The translations under genes and the position numbers were made by a program. Of a stretch of 64,000 nt of DNA, positions 1 to 11,933 are shown piece after piece. The notes below the pieces were generated by a model that did not search any database, had not been told where the DNA came from, and was given only the letters and a program-made list of their open reading frames with translations. Within the stretch, counting starts at the first letter, position 1; the number at the start of each line of letters is the position of its first letter. Source of the DNA: Octopus vulgaris (Eukaryota); the NCBI GenBank assembly GCA_951406725.2, contig OX597837.1, positions 7,688,001-7,752,000 on the forward strand, in the 5' to 3' direction.

Positions 1-204
1 TAGCTGCTCTGTATTGTCAGAGGTGGATTATGATTCATGTGTATGTGTGTGTGCTTGTGTCTGTGTTAGACTCCCATCAATGCTTGACATCTATTTTGGT
101 TTGGTTTCTATGGCTGGATGCCCTTTCTAATGCCAACCCCTTTATAGAGTGTACTGGGTGCTCTCACACCTACCCTATGGTGTCATTCTAAAAATAAATA
201 AACA

Positions 205-372
205 TAGGCATAGGAGTGGCTGTGTGGTAAGTAGCTTGCTAACGAACCACATGGTTCTGGGTTCAGTCCCACTGGGTGGCACCTTGGGCGGGCAAATGTC
301 TTCTACTATAGCCTCGGGCTGACCAAAGCCTTGTGAGTGGATTTTGTAGACAGAAACTGAAAAAAGCCCGTC

Positions 373-406
<34 letters not shown>

Positions 407-790
407 TTTGTAAGCCTAATACTTATTCTATCGGTCTCTTTTGCTGAACCACTAAGTTATGAGCATGTAAACACACCAGCATCTGTTGTCAAGCGATGTT
501 GGGGGGACAAACACAGACACACAAACATATACACACACATACATATATGTGTGTATATATGTTTGTGTGTCTGTGTTTGTCCCCACCAACATCGCTTGAC
601 AACTGATGCTGGTGTGTTTAGGCCCCCGTAACTTAGTGGTTCAGCAAAAGAGAGTGATAGAACAAGTACTAGGCTTACAAAGAATAAGTCCTGGGGTCGA
701 TTTGCTAGACTAAAGGTGGTGCTCCATCATGGCCACAGTCAAATGACTGAAACAAGTAAAAGAGTAAAAGAGAACCGCATCATTTGAAAG
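205..790 (+). mobile_element. tRNA-derived CORE-like SINE containing an inverted duplicate of its own 3' half
   Basis: A/B-box-like TGGCTGTGTGG...GGTTCAGTCCC, CORE-like CCTTGGGC(AAGT), central (TA)n tract, 3' end GTCAAATGACTGAAACAAGTAAAAGAGTAAAAGAG; many similar copies in the window. Confidence 0.85.
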
Positions 791-876
791 CTTGAAACTA
801 CAAGATAATGCAGGATTCCTTCAAAACAACCTGGATAAATAAGCATTAACATTTGACAGACTGATCTGAATGTTAA

Positions 877-1098
877 CCGTTTCGTTACCAACCCTGCAGA
901 AACTGGCTCTGGTTCTGAGTACAAATGTCTTGTTTCCATAAGTTTTGAATTAGAATATTCCAGCAAACCTTAGTCACAAGTTATGTTCCTAACATTAGCT
1001 GAATGATAATACTAAGTTATTTTACTAAATTCTTTGTTATATTTAAAGTAATTCAAAGAAACACAGAGCATCTCAAAATAAATACAGTAACGAAAGGG
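877..1098. mobile_element. piggyBac-like MITE
   Basis: TTAA on both flanks; imperfect TIRs CCGTTTCGTTAC...GTAACGAAAGGG. Confidence 0.6.
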
Positions 1099-1152
1099 TT
1101 AAAGGATTAACTGACAACCCTATTAGGCTTGTTTGGCAAGGTGGATTCTTTT

Positions 1153-1600
1153 GGGGACAACTGCATTAGGAAGTGTTGAGTTCTAGTTCTGAAGGGAACC
1201 TGTGGAAGGGGTAGATCCAGGAACACATGGGACAAAATGGTGAGAGAGGATCTTCGGATGTGGGGCCTCACTCAGGAAATGATAAGGGACCAGGGGCCGT
1301 GGCGATTTGTTGTACTTGAGAAGAGATGTCAAGCTAAGTGAAATCCTTATCGTCCATAGATACAGGCTTGTCCTTTACAGGTGCCACGTCGAATGCACTT
1401 GGGTCGGTGCTGCATAAATGCACATATGCTGGTGGCAAGTAAAAAGCACCCAGTACACTCTGTAAATTGGTTGGCATTAGGAAGGGTATCCAGCTGTAGA
1501 AACCATGTCACAACAGACAACTGGAGTTTGGCCAGTTCCCTGCCTGGCCAGCTCCTGTCAAACTATCCAACCCATGCCAATTTGAAAAACAAACATTAAA
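1153..1600 (+). mobile_element. RTE-clade LINE 3' end (ORF2 C-terminus with internal stop, plus 3' UTR)
   Basis: Translates GDNCIRKC*VLVLKGTCGRGRSRNTWDKMVREDLRMWGLTQEMIRDQGPWRFVVLEKRCQAK*, matching the RTE pattern RGRP..TW...V..D...DR..WR. It is followed by the GGTGGCA.GTAAAAAGCACC...CCAACCCATGCC UTR seen in other copies. Confidence 0.8.
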
Positions 1601-2185
1601 CCATTTTCATAGCCACCCACCTGAGGCAATCCCTGCTTCTGTACAACAATTTTCCAGTTTCAAAAGTGAACTGAATTAAAAGGTTCCATGACATTCCCAC
1701 GTGAATTTATTTCCTAAATTCCAGTTTAACCTTTTTTTGATACAAACCCACCAGGAGCAATTCTTTGTTCTCTGGTACCAATTCCATTCATTCATTCGTT
1801 CAAAGTTATTTAAATTAAAAGCTTCCATCAAAAATATCTCTTTAATTTATGTTACAGACACCAGATTAATAACGGACGAAGCTGTTTTGCTAAATTCTTC
1901 ATTATGTTTCAAATTAATTGAAACAGAAATGTGGTAATGAATGTGTTAACAACGACGAAGTTAATTTAGTCAATTCCAAAAAAAACTTAGTCAATTAAAA
2001 AAAAAATCTTCATTTCAATTTAATGTTCTAAGCACCAGCTTAACCTCTTTGATGCCATCACACTTGGGACCGACGTCGGTTCTAGGATACAAGCCGTGCT
2101 TAAAATGATACAGATTAAAAAGCTTCCAATAACATTTCATGTTATGTTCCAGACACCAGATTAATAACGACAAAATTATTTTGCT
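1600..2185. repeat. Decayed partial copies of the AT-rich piggyBac-like MITE family
   Basis: Recurrent motifs AATTAAAA.CTTCC, TTATGTTCC, AAATTAATTGAAAC shared with 877-1098, 21550-22012 and 51030-52630. Confidence 0.45.
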
Positions 2186-2670
2186 TCACACAAAAACCCA
2201 TCATCATTATTCAACATCCATTTTTCCATATTTCTATGGACGGAATTCATTGAGGCAGGTTTTCTTACATCCGGACGCTCTTCCTGTTGCCAACCCTCAC
2301 CTGCTCACAGGCAAGATAATATTTCCCCCATGGTCAAACATATTTACCATAGAAGACCAGAAATGATGTTACAGCAAAGTCATACACACACACAATAGGC
2401 TTCTTTCAGTTTCCATCTACCAAATACACTCACAAAGCTTTTGTTGGCCTTCATTTCCTATATAATATATATATGTATATATATATATAATATATATAAA
2501 TATATATATATATACACATATATAATATATATATATATATACACACATATATACACATATATAATATATATATATATACACACATATATAATATATACAT
2601 ATATAAATATATAATACACACACACACACACATATAATACACAGACACACATATATGCAGTTCTATACAC

Positions 2671-2932
2671 GGGCATATAGTGTAGTGGTTAAGAGCACAA
2701 GCTACTAACCCCAAGATTCTGAGTTCGATTCCAGGGAGTGACCTGAATAATAATAATGATAATGATAATAATAATAGCAATGAAAAATACCTTAGGAATG
2801 AGAACCTAGGTTCGAAATTACCCCAAGACACCTGAAGAAGGCTGGAGGGCATATCAGCCGAAACGTGTTAACAACAAACAAAATGAGGACTAATATGTCA
2901 AATGTAAATAATGTAAATAATGTAAATAATGT
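2671..2932 (+). mobile_element. tRNA-headed SINE with an HHR-like 3' module (copy 1)
   Basis: A box TAGTGTAGTGG, anticodon-like arm, B box GAGTTCGATTCC, (TAA)n linker, GACAC-CTGAAGA-A-GGCTG...CAGCC-GAAAC-GTGTT, (AATGTAAAT)n tail; second copy at 42697-42925. Confidence 0.75.
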
Positions 2933-2949
2933 ATATATATATATATATA

Positions 2950-3140
2950 TGTAGTTAATCCAAAAACACAAGTAAAAAACAATGAGAGGATGTGGTATAT
3001 GCAAAATATCAACAGACACTTAGGGAAGGAAAGAAGGGCAGGTTTACGTTTTGAGCAAAGCTTTTCTTCAGAAACAGGAGACAGAGGAAAGTCCAAGAGA
3101 AAAGGAAGACGAACGGAAAAAATTGCCAACAATACATTTT
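2950..3140 (-). mobile_element. Penelope-like (PLE) terminal-repeat remnant with decayed minimal HHR (3042-3075)
   Basis: Minus strand gttt-CTGAAGA-A-AAGC-ttt-GCTC-AAAA-CG-TA-aac; sits in (TA)n; homologous to 4800-5005 and 41575-41780. Confidence 0.6.
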
Positions 3141-3182
3141 GAAAATATATATATATATATTATATATATATATATATATAAA

Positions 3183-3230
<48 letters not shown>

Positions 3231-3262
3231 TAATTATATGTGTACAAAGACACACACACACA

Positions 3263-3313
<51 letters not shown>

Positions 3314-3345
3314 TAATTATATGTGTACAAAGACACACACACACA

Positions 3346-3431
<86 letters not shown>

Positions 3432-3542
3432 AATATATATACATAAATATATATACATAAATATATATATATATATATATACATAAATATATATACATAA
3501 ATATATATACATAAATATATATACATATATATATATACATAA

Positions 3543-3609
<67 letters not shown>

Positions 3610-3808
3610 AATGTCTACATATTTAGACACATAAGAATATGTATACACACATGCACACACGTGCACACAAAACCAAAAGATGGGTCTTATCTACGAATGC
3701 ATGAAAGAACATTTATCCATAAATATACCTGTGTGAGAATTTCTAATACCTAAGTCAGCAAATAAACAATTTCACAACAGAAATCATATATATATATATA
3801 TATATATA

Positions 3809-4171
3809 CTAGCAGCATAGCCCGGCGTTGTCCGGGTATGTAAGAGCCCCTAGTAGGCAACGACTAATCCCAATCTAGTCCTTTCCCTCTAGGGAACAAA
3901 GGCGCATGTGTAGGTTGCAATGTCTTCTCTTCACTCCCAAATAACTATCAAACAGCTATCGATTCTCGACCCCATGTCGAATTTATCAATTTTTTTCAGA
4001 ACTGGGGCAACTTTTCAAAATTTTCGCTGCGTTAGTTTTGAATTATGACATTGGGCTATGTGTGTGTCAAGTTTCATCAGAATCGGTTGAAAGCCGTGGT
4101 CAGGGTGAGGGTACAACCTGACAGACACACAGACACACAGACATACAAACTGCCGTTTATATATAGAGAGA
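3809..4171 (-). mobile_element. Complete non-autonomous Helitron (363 bp)
   Basis: Minus strand begins TCTCTCTATATATAAA and ends with hairpin CCCGG-ACAACG-CCGGG, 8 nt, then CTAG; inserted between A and T with no TSD. Confidence 0.9.
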
Positions 4172-4357
4172 TATATGACACAGAGGCAATGACAAGCAAT
4201 CAAGACCTTTAGCAATTTGTTGTGCATAATAAGACTCAGTGGAATCACAGTTGTGGTTGGTGCTGAGGACATCTAAAATGCACCCATGCCAGTGACATGT
4301 AAAAGGCACATCTAACCCATGCCAGCATAGAAAAACAGACACTAGTTGATGACAATA

Positions 4358-4426
<69 letters not shown>

Positions 4427-4799
4427 TAAGTATGTGTATTCATTATTAACATATTTAATGAAACACCCATTAAAAAGCCAAATTAAAATCATTCTGAAAT
4501 AATGAGCTAGTGACTAATATATACACCTAACAGTTCTATATATATATATACACTCGCATACCAAGTAATTGAGAGCCGCACCTTAAATTCCTTAAAAGAT
4601 AGTCTGGGGTTTGTTATTTGTTTAAGTTCCAATATAAGATATGCTGTGTGCTTTTTTATTGTACACCTATATCGTATATTATTTTTGTGATAGCAAAGAT
4701 ATGTAGATACACACACACACACATAGATATATAGATAGATAGCTTGATACATACATACACATACATATAAATATACATACATATATATATGCATATATA

Positions 4800-5005
4800 T
4801 AGTTAATCCAAACAAGAAAGCACAAAAAAACACAACAACGCGAGGATGTGGAACAAATATAGTATTATTGGACGCTCAGGAAAGAAGGAAAGAAGGAGGG
4901 TTTAACGTTTCGAGCGGAGCTTTTCTTAGGAAACATAGGTGAAGGAAAGATCCAAGGAAGGGAAGACAGAGGGAAAGACATTGCCAACGGTACACACGAG
5001 GTCAC
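4800..5005 (-). mobile_element. PLE terminal-repeat remnant with minimal HHR-like motif (4900-4934)
   Basis: Minus strand gttt-CCTAAGA-A-AAGC-tcc-GCTC-GAAA-CG-TT-aaac; closely similar to 41575-41780. Confidence 0.6.
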
Positions 5006-5025
5006 ATACACATATAAACAGATAT

Positions 5026-5071
<46 letters not shown>

Positions 5072-5153
5072 CTGTGTATGCATATCTACACACATATAAG
5101 TACTTACATACACACATTATATATGTATGTGTGTGTGTTTGTGCGTGTATGTC

Positions 5154-5320
5154 GTGAAGGTACATGGCCTTGTGGTTATGGTGTTGTGAGTTCAATTTCC
5201 AGAGTGAGCGATGTGCTGCGTCCTTGAGCAAAACACTTTCCTTTCACATTGCTGCAGGCCACTTAGCTGTGAATGGGTAACATCTGGAATGGGTAACATC
5301 TGGAATGGGTAACATCTGGG
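5154..5320 (+). mobile_element. tRNA-derived SINE 5' fragment ending in three tandem GAATGGGTAACATCTG units
   Basis: Head GTGAAGGTACATGGC shared with the minus-strand SINE ending at 19110; B box GAGTTCAATTTCC; CCTTGAGCAA. Confidence 0.55.
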
Positions 5321-5427
5321 AAATATCCAAAAGAGTTCCTGACCAGCTTGTCCTCTGGAACAAACTGGCCAGCTTGTTTTCCTCAACACCCAGAGTCTCC
5401 CAGAGAACATTGTTGCACTGCTCGCTA

Positions 5428-5700
5428 ATCATCATCATCATTGTTTAACGTCTGTTTTCCATGCTAGCATGGGTTGGACAGTTCGACCGGTGTCTGGGAA
5501 GCCAGGAGGCTGCACCAAGCTTCAGTCTGGTCTGGCAGTGTTTCTACAGCTGGATGCCCTTCCTAATGCCAACCACTCCGTGAGTGTAGTGGGTGCTCTT
5601 TACATGCCACCGGTATGGACACCAGTCAAGGTGGCGCTGGCATCGGCCACATTCGGATGGTGCTTTTTATGTGCTACCAGCATGGGTATCACAACTACAC
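5428..5700 (-). mobile_element. RTE LINE 3' UTR fragment with (GAT)n tail
   Basis: Reverse complement of the UTR that follows the RTE ORF at 1340-1600. Confidence 0.7.
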
Positions 5701-6058
5701 ATGGCTCTGGGTACAGCCCCACTGCATGACACCTTAGGCAAGTGTCTTCTACTATAGCCTTGGGCTGACCAAAGCCTTCTGAGTGAAGACGGAAACTGAA
5801 AGAAGCCAGTTGTATATATGTGTGTATATATATATATATATATCTGTGTGTGTGTCTGTTTTCGTCCCCTCCACCATCACTTGACAACTGATGTTGGTGT
5901 GCAAACATCCCCATAACTTAGTGGTTCGGCAAAAGAGACCTATAGAATAAGTACTAGGCTTACAAGGAATAAGTCCTGGGGTTGATTTGCTCAACTAAAG
6001 ATGGAGCTCCAGCATGGCCATAGTCAAATGACTGAAACCAATAAAAGAATAAAAGAAT
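5698..6058 (+). mobile_element. CORE-like SINE, 5'-truncated
   Basis: Homology to 56692-57097. Confidence 0.8.
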
Positions 6059-6681
6059 GGAACAACAAAATTCCTCAAAAAGGGAAACCTCTGACTTCTC
6101 ATGGAAACCCCACAAGTCCACAAGGGTCCTGACTGCTAAGGTAAGTGCCCTTTGCGCTTCGTTAGCAGGTGCATGCTTGGAGTAGGCCCTTTAGGTGTAT
6201 CATGATGTTGATGATGATGATGATGATATGATGATACACACCCACCACAACATACCCTACCACCCCTGTCTGGCTCCAGATGGTTGATGTCAGGTAAGTT
6301 ATGGTAAAAAAAGAAACCCAAAAAATCGAATGTTTAATCTCAGGTTTGCCCCTTCCCCCCCCCACAGCTGGAACTGGGTGGATGGTGGGGGTGAAAGGTA
6401 AAATGGGGTGGTGAGGTGGTGGGTAAGATGGTTTGTCAAGGGTGAGGGAGGATTGTTAAGGGATGATTTTGTAGGGGTGGTGGTGGTAGTGGTGGGGCTG
6501 GTTGGTGGAGAGAAATGAGTGAAGGGGGACGGAGTGGGTGAGAAGGAAGTTGAAAGGAGGCAAGGGGACGAGTGGGGTGGGGGGTTCACGGAAGTGGAGG
6601 TGGAAAATGAATTCATTTACCAAAGCTTTAGTCTATAGGGAAATTAAGACAGGAATAGACATTGACACACGTGTGCATGTG

Positions 6682-6715
<34 letters not shown>

Positions 6716-7048
6716 TTCAACAATTGAGGGTAAAATTAATTGCATTAATTTGCATTTGATTTTTTGATGTCTTTACCCCCATACTTTTGTGAGTTGAATT
6801 GAGCAAGCACTATATGAGAGAGATTTTCTTTAAGTATTAGAAATAGTTTTAAAAAAGTTTTTTTAGCTGCTATTTCTAATGAGTTCAGTATGTGGCAAAG
6901 TAATTTATTTTACTAAGCCCTTTTATATAATGTAATAATTTGAAATTATATATATATATATATACACACATGCATGTATATATATATACACACATGCATG
7001 TATATATATATACACACATGCATGTATATCTATAGATGCATATATGTG

Positions 7049-7112
<64 letters not shown>

Positions 7113-7380
7113 TATATATATATAGATGTGTGTGTGTATATATATATATATATATACATGTATGTATATATATATACATGCATATATATATATATAGATG
7201 TGTGTGTATATATATATATATATATACATGTATGTATATATATATACATGCATATATAGCTATACATATATATGTGTGTGTATGCATATATATATATATA
7301 TAGACACACAGACACACACATATATACACATATATACATACATACATATATATATATAGAGAGAGAAAGAGTGAGAGAGA

Positions 7381-8300
7381 GGATGCTGTGAATAAACTGT
7401 CGTCTAAATAACACAAAAATGAAAATAAAACTGACATTTCATTTTAGCAGTTGTATTTACCGAAATTACAGAAAAATATCTTGAAGTACTAAAGAGTAAA
7501 TTTATTCAATAAAATCACCACTGACTTCAACCACAGCCTCCAGATGACTTCAGAATCTCCTGCAACTCTTCTGGACGGTCTCCTTGTTTAAGTTGGTGAA
7601 TGATTCCATAATCTTTGCCTTCAGTTCATCTTTGGTGTGACAAGGGATTTTGCTCAACTGTGCCCAGCAAAAAAGGCAGCAAGCTGGCAGAAACGTTAGC
7701 ACGCCGGTGCGAAATGCGTAGCCGTATTTCGTCTGTCATTACGTTCTGAGTTCAAATTCCGCCGAGGTCAACTTTGCCTTTCATCCTTTTTGGGGTCGAT
7801 AAATTAAGTACCAGTTATGCACTGGGGTCTATGTAATCGACTTAATCCCTTTGTCTGTCCTTGTTTGTCCCCTCTGTGTTTAGCCCTTGTGGGTAGTAAA
7901 GAAATAGATAATTATCAAGAGGGTTGCAGTCTGGGGAGTTAGCTGGCCAGATGTTAGGGATTATGTGGTCGCAGAAATTGTCTGACAGCCATGACTGGGT
8001 TCTCCTTCTTGTGTGGCATGGTGCAGTATCCTGTTGTCTGACATATGGTCTTCCAGCAGCCACCCTCTTGACTTAGGGCAGTCCTTCAGGCACTTGATGT
8101 AGGCCTCCATGTTGAGTCTGAGGCTGTGTGGGAAGATGAATGGGTAAAGACTTATTACTAACAGCTGTTTCTGTATCCGATTTCCTGGTGATTATGAAGT
8201 CCACGTCGCCATCACTAGTGATTACTCCAAACACCATGATGTTGACGGGATGTTTGATTTTTATCACTGTCGCTACATGTTTTCGGGACACAGCGAGCCA
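7381..8300 (-). pseudogene. Decayed Tc1/mariner transposase of the DD37D (maT) family, split by a SINE at 7675-7907
   Basis: IKHPVNIMVFGVITSDG, then YVRQQD-(37 aa)-D ending WPANSPDCNPLD, then C-terminus PCHTKDELKAKIMESFTNLNKETVQKSCRRF*SHLEAVVEVSGDFIE* (stop 7502-7504). Confidence 0.9.
7675..7907 (+). mobile_element. Meta/Sauria-like tRNA SINE, tail A, nested in the transposase
   Basis: AGCTGGCAGAA head, B box GAGTTCAAATTCC, central GCCTTTCATCCTTT.GGGGTCGATAAA..AAGTACCAG, tail CCTTGTGGGTAGTAAAGAAAT. Confidence 0.85.
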
Positions 8301-8639
8301 ATGGGTAACATGTGGAATGGGTGATGCATTTCATCTAGTACAGAGAGATAACAGGGTAATGCCATAGCAGAATGGTGAGGGGGGGGCGCTACGCTAAGAG
8401 AAGTAAAGCTGAGTTAGAAGGAACGAACAGGTAGAACTAAAGTGATACCTGAGAAATAGGCAATTAGTGGTGGAGAAATGACAGAAACAATTAAAGGTGT
8501 GAAAGAAAAATATGGCTAAGTTTCAGCTCCGTATGACAATCCTGTTCCAGAGTTGACAAAAGAAAGTTATACCAGTTATGTACTGAGGTTTATATTCTTT
8601 TCCACTCAAGGTAGAAGATCTGAAACTTATGATTTTGAG

Positions 8640-8863
8640 AGGGGGGGGAATAGGAGTGAGAGACAAGGGAGATGAGAATTAGAAAAGAGAGAGAGGTGGG
8701 AGAGAGAAAGAGGAATGAGAGAAAATGAGTGAAAGAGAGAGAGAGGAGAGAAAGAGAGAGAGAGGAGAGAAAGAGAGAGGAAAGAGAGAGGAGAGAGAAA
8801 GAGAGAGGAGAGAGAGGAGATAAAAAGAGGAGAGAAAGAGAGAAAGGAGAGAAAGAGAGAGAG

Positions 8864-8909
<46 letters not shown>

Positions 8910-9740
8910 GGGAGAGAGAGGAGAGAAAGGGAGAGAGAGGAGAGAAAGGGAGAGAGAGGAGAGAAAGAGAGAGAGGAGAAAAAGAGAGAGAAGAGAAAGT
9001 AAGAGAGGAGAGAAAGTGAGAGAGAGAGAGAAAAAGAGAGAGGAGAGAAAGAGAGAGAGAAGAGAGAAAGAGAGAGAGAGAGAAGAGAGAAAGAGAGAGA
9101 GAAAGAGAGAAGAGAGAAAGAGAGAGAGAGAGAGAGAAAGAGAGAAAGAGAGAAAGAGAGAGAAGATAAAGTGAGAGAGGAGAGAAAGAGAGAGGAGTGA
9201 GAGATAGTGGGGAGAGACAGAAACAGAAAGAGAGTAATAAAGTGGGAGGGAGAGATGAAGAGTAAAGGTGAGAGAGAGTAATAGAGAAAGAGTAAAAGTA
9301 ATAAAGAGAGAGAGAGAAAGAGAAAGGATGAGAGAGAGAGAGAGAGAGAAAAAGAGAGTGTACGTATATCCAACCACACACACACACACACAAAGAAAGA
9401 AAGAAAAAAAGAAAGAGGTAGAGACAGTAAATGAGAGAAAGTGAATGCATATGAACATTAGAGAGAGAGTTTGTGAGGTGAGAGAGTGAGGATGAAGTAG
9501 AGAGAGAGAGGGGGAAGGGAGAGAAAACATGTGAGAGGGGAGAGATATGAACGAGAAAGAGAGAGAGTATACTTAAGGCAGATGGGAAAGAGAGAGGGAG
9601 AGAGAGAGAGGAAGTGTTTCTATATGAAAGTGTGTGGGGAGGGAGAGAGAGAAGGAGGGAGGGAGCTGGAAGAAAAAGGTATGAGATAAGATTTGGATCA
9701 CGATGAAGACAACAGAGGAGGAGGAAGAGGAGGAGGAAGA
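8640..9740. repeat. (GA)-rich polypurine low-complexity tract
   Basis: Direct inspection. Confidence 0.95.
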
Positions 9741-9891
9741 TGAAGTTGAAGATGCCAAACCATCTTTATCTGCCCTACATCAATCACTTATGCAGACCCC
9801 ACCCAACACAGAACTTCCCCATTCCCTCAGGTACTTTGGAAGAAATCCCCACCACCCCCTTTACACACACACACACACACACACACAAGTA

Positions 9892-9922
<31 letters not shown>

Positions 9923-10492
9923 CAATCACACCCATCATGTTTCACCTGTAGCATTTCACATTATGAAACAAAGCAAACATTCACACACAGACATCATCTG
10001 TGCGTGCACGCGCGTGTGTGTTTGTGGTGTGTGTGTGTGGTGTATGTGTGTGTGTGTATGTGTGTGAATAAAGAGACTCATAAAACACACATACACTTTT
10101 TTGTTTTGTAGCGAACAAGAGTAACAAAAAAAATTAAAAAATCATAAAAACTACTCAACACATAATATAGAGTATAATTATACGCCTGTCTTTGGTTGAG
10201 CCATCTGCTGTTATTTAACTTTTACATTTTACGCACTTTGTTCAGACAGCCGCATGATGTCGAGGATGACATATGGCTCATTCTAATAAACACAACAAGC
10301 TATAAACATGTCAAAAGCTAAATATGATCATAAAAAAATCCTTTGTAGAAATCTTCCTGCTTAGAGCTATGAGGCACACTACCTCCACACTTTTACCATA
10401 CATTAGCCATGCAGCTGCATGAAAGAGGGTATGCATTGTTTTGCATAACCTAATATATTCTACAGATAGAAAAGAGTTGAAACACAAGCCAT

Positions 10493-10539
<47 letters not shown>

Positions 10540-10679
10540 TTATATAAAATTGACATACCGTCAGTTATGACAATGATTGTTCTAGTTGATCCAATTAATG
10601 GAACAGCCATGATATTAACATGGCTGTTCCATATATATATATATATATATACATACACACAATGCATATGTTTATATGA

Positions 10680-10725
<46 letters not shown>

Positions 10726-10916
10726 TATATATATATATATATATATAGTAGAAATATATTACGAAAAGAATATTACATAATTGTATATTGTTACATAACC
10801 ATACCATTTCATCAGGTATATTTGAATCTATTATCCACAAATACAAATCAAACTATGAAGGAAAATATATTAGCAGATAAATACATATTGTTTCTTGACT
10901 ATATATATGTGTGTGT

Positions 10917-10954
<38 letters not shown>

Positions 10955-11206
10955 GTGTGTGTTGCGTGTGTATAGATAAGGGTGTGACTGTGAGACATAA
11001 AAGTAAAAAGACATACCTTAATTGCAGGGAAAGGTAAATGCATATTTATTTTACCTGGCACAGGCATGAATCCTACAACATCCCATTAAGGTAGGTAAAG
11101 AGTCCATAGAAATATTGAAACTTACCTAAAATAAAAACAAAATATTAATGAGTTAATTATGAAATACAGATATATATAAAGTGTTGTGTGTGTGTGGATG
11201 CATATA

Positions 11207-11254
<48 letters not shown>

Positions 11255-11257
<3 letters not shown>

Positions 11258-11450
11258 CAAATTTACAGAAAATAAAGGAAGGCAGGTGAGGGAACAACAG
11301 GCAGGTGTATTAGTTTGATGCTCAGGAAGAATAGAAACATCTTTGACATTTCTAGCCTATGCTCTTTAACAGAAAGGGATGAGAGGAAAAATAAATACAG
11401 AAAAAAAATGAAGGGAGTAGAACATGCGTAGAGGTTAACAGTTTAACAAA
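11255..11450 (-). mobile_element. PLE terminal-repeat remnant with decayed HHR variant (11341-11376)
   Basis: Minus strand cttt-CTGTTAA-A-GAGC-atag-GCTA-GAAA-TG-TC-aaag; same family as 47340-47485 and 51586-51775. Confidence 0.5.
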
Positions 11451-11669
11451 ATGAAATGACTGGAGAAATTGGCTGAGTGAAGGGGAGATAGTAATGGTGA
11501 CCCAGCTGAACTAGGGTGCACAAGTGTGTGTGTGTGAGTGTGTGCATGTAAGAATAGTGTTTCTATGTGTGAATGGGAGCATGTGTGAGACTATGCATGG
11601 GCAAGCTTAAAATTATATTGTGTGCATATGGGAGCATGTGTGTGTGTGTGTGTATGATTATTTATATAT

Positions 11670-11884
11670 AGACACAGATTAGTAATATGATTCATTAGCA
11701 TCAAGGCACGTCAAAATAAGCAACAAGGATATCCAAAGGTAGTGTAGTACAATTGTTTCATGCTACTTCATTTAATTAAACAATGTAAGTATTACATCAG
11801 TTTTAAAATGTAGAGCACTCTTCAGCCACATATAGAATTTTTTAATTAAATAGACAATGTTCATTTTTATACTTATTCCATTTG

Positions 11885-11890
<6 letters not shown>
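11670..11890 (-). mobile_element. PLE remnant with long-stem-II HHR (11744-11829)
   Basis: Minus strand gtgg-CTGAAGA-[~59 nt]-GAAA-CAATTG-TA-ctac; homologous to the palindrome arms at 29598-29862. Confidence 0.6.

Positions 11891-11929
<39 letters not shown>

Positions 11930-11933
<4 letters not shown>

Noticed and set aside
2671-2745. Possible tRNA gene with ACT anticodon loop
   Set aside because: No acceptor-stem pairing is evident and it continues into a shared SINE body in two copies; treated as a SINE head
3226-3360. Exact tandem duplication between TA tracts
   Set aside because: Explained by slippage or a local assembly artefact
8527-8610. Possible exon (PYDNPVPELTKESY...) after TTTCAG
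   Set aside because: No polypyrimidine tract, poor donors and an unrecognised peptide
10374-10392. let-7-like GAGGTAGT on the minus strand
   Set aside because: Only an 8-nt match; no precursor hairpin
10795-10825. CTGATGA on the minus strand as a further HHR
   Set aside because: No properly placed GAAA or closing stems; a similar partial motif at ~11092-11128 was also too decayed to count
11750-11755. CAATTG versus CGATCG as covariation in HHR stem III
   Set aside because: Both changes are what CpG deamination would produce, so they are not independent evidence of selection
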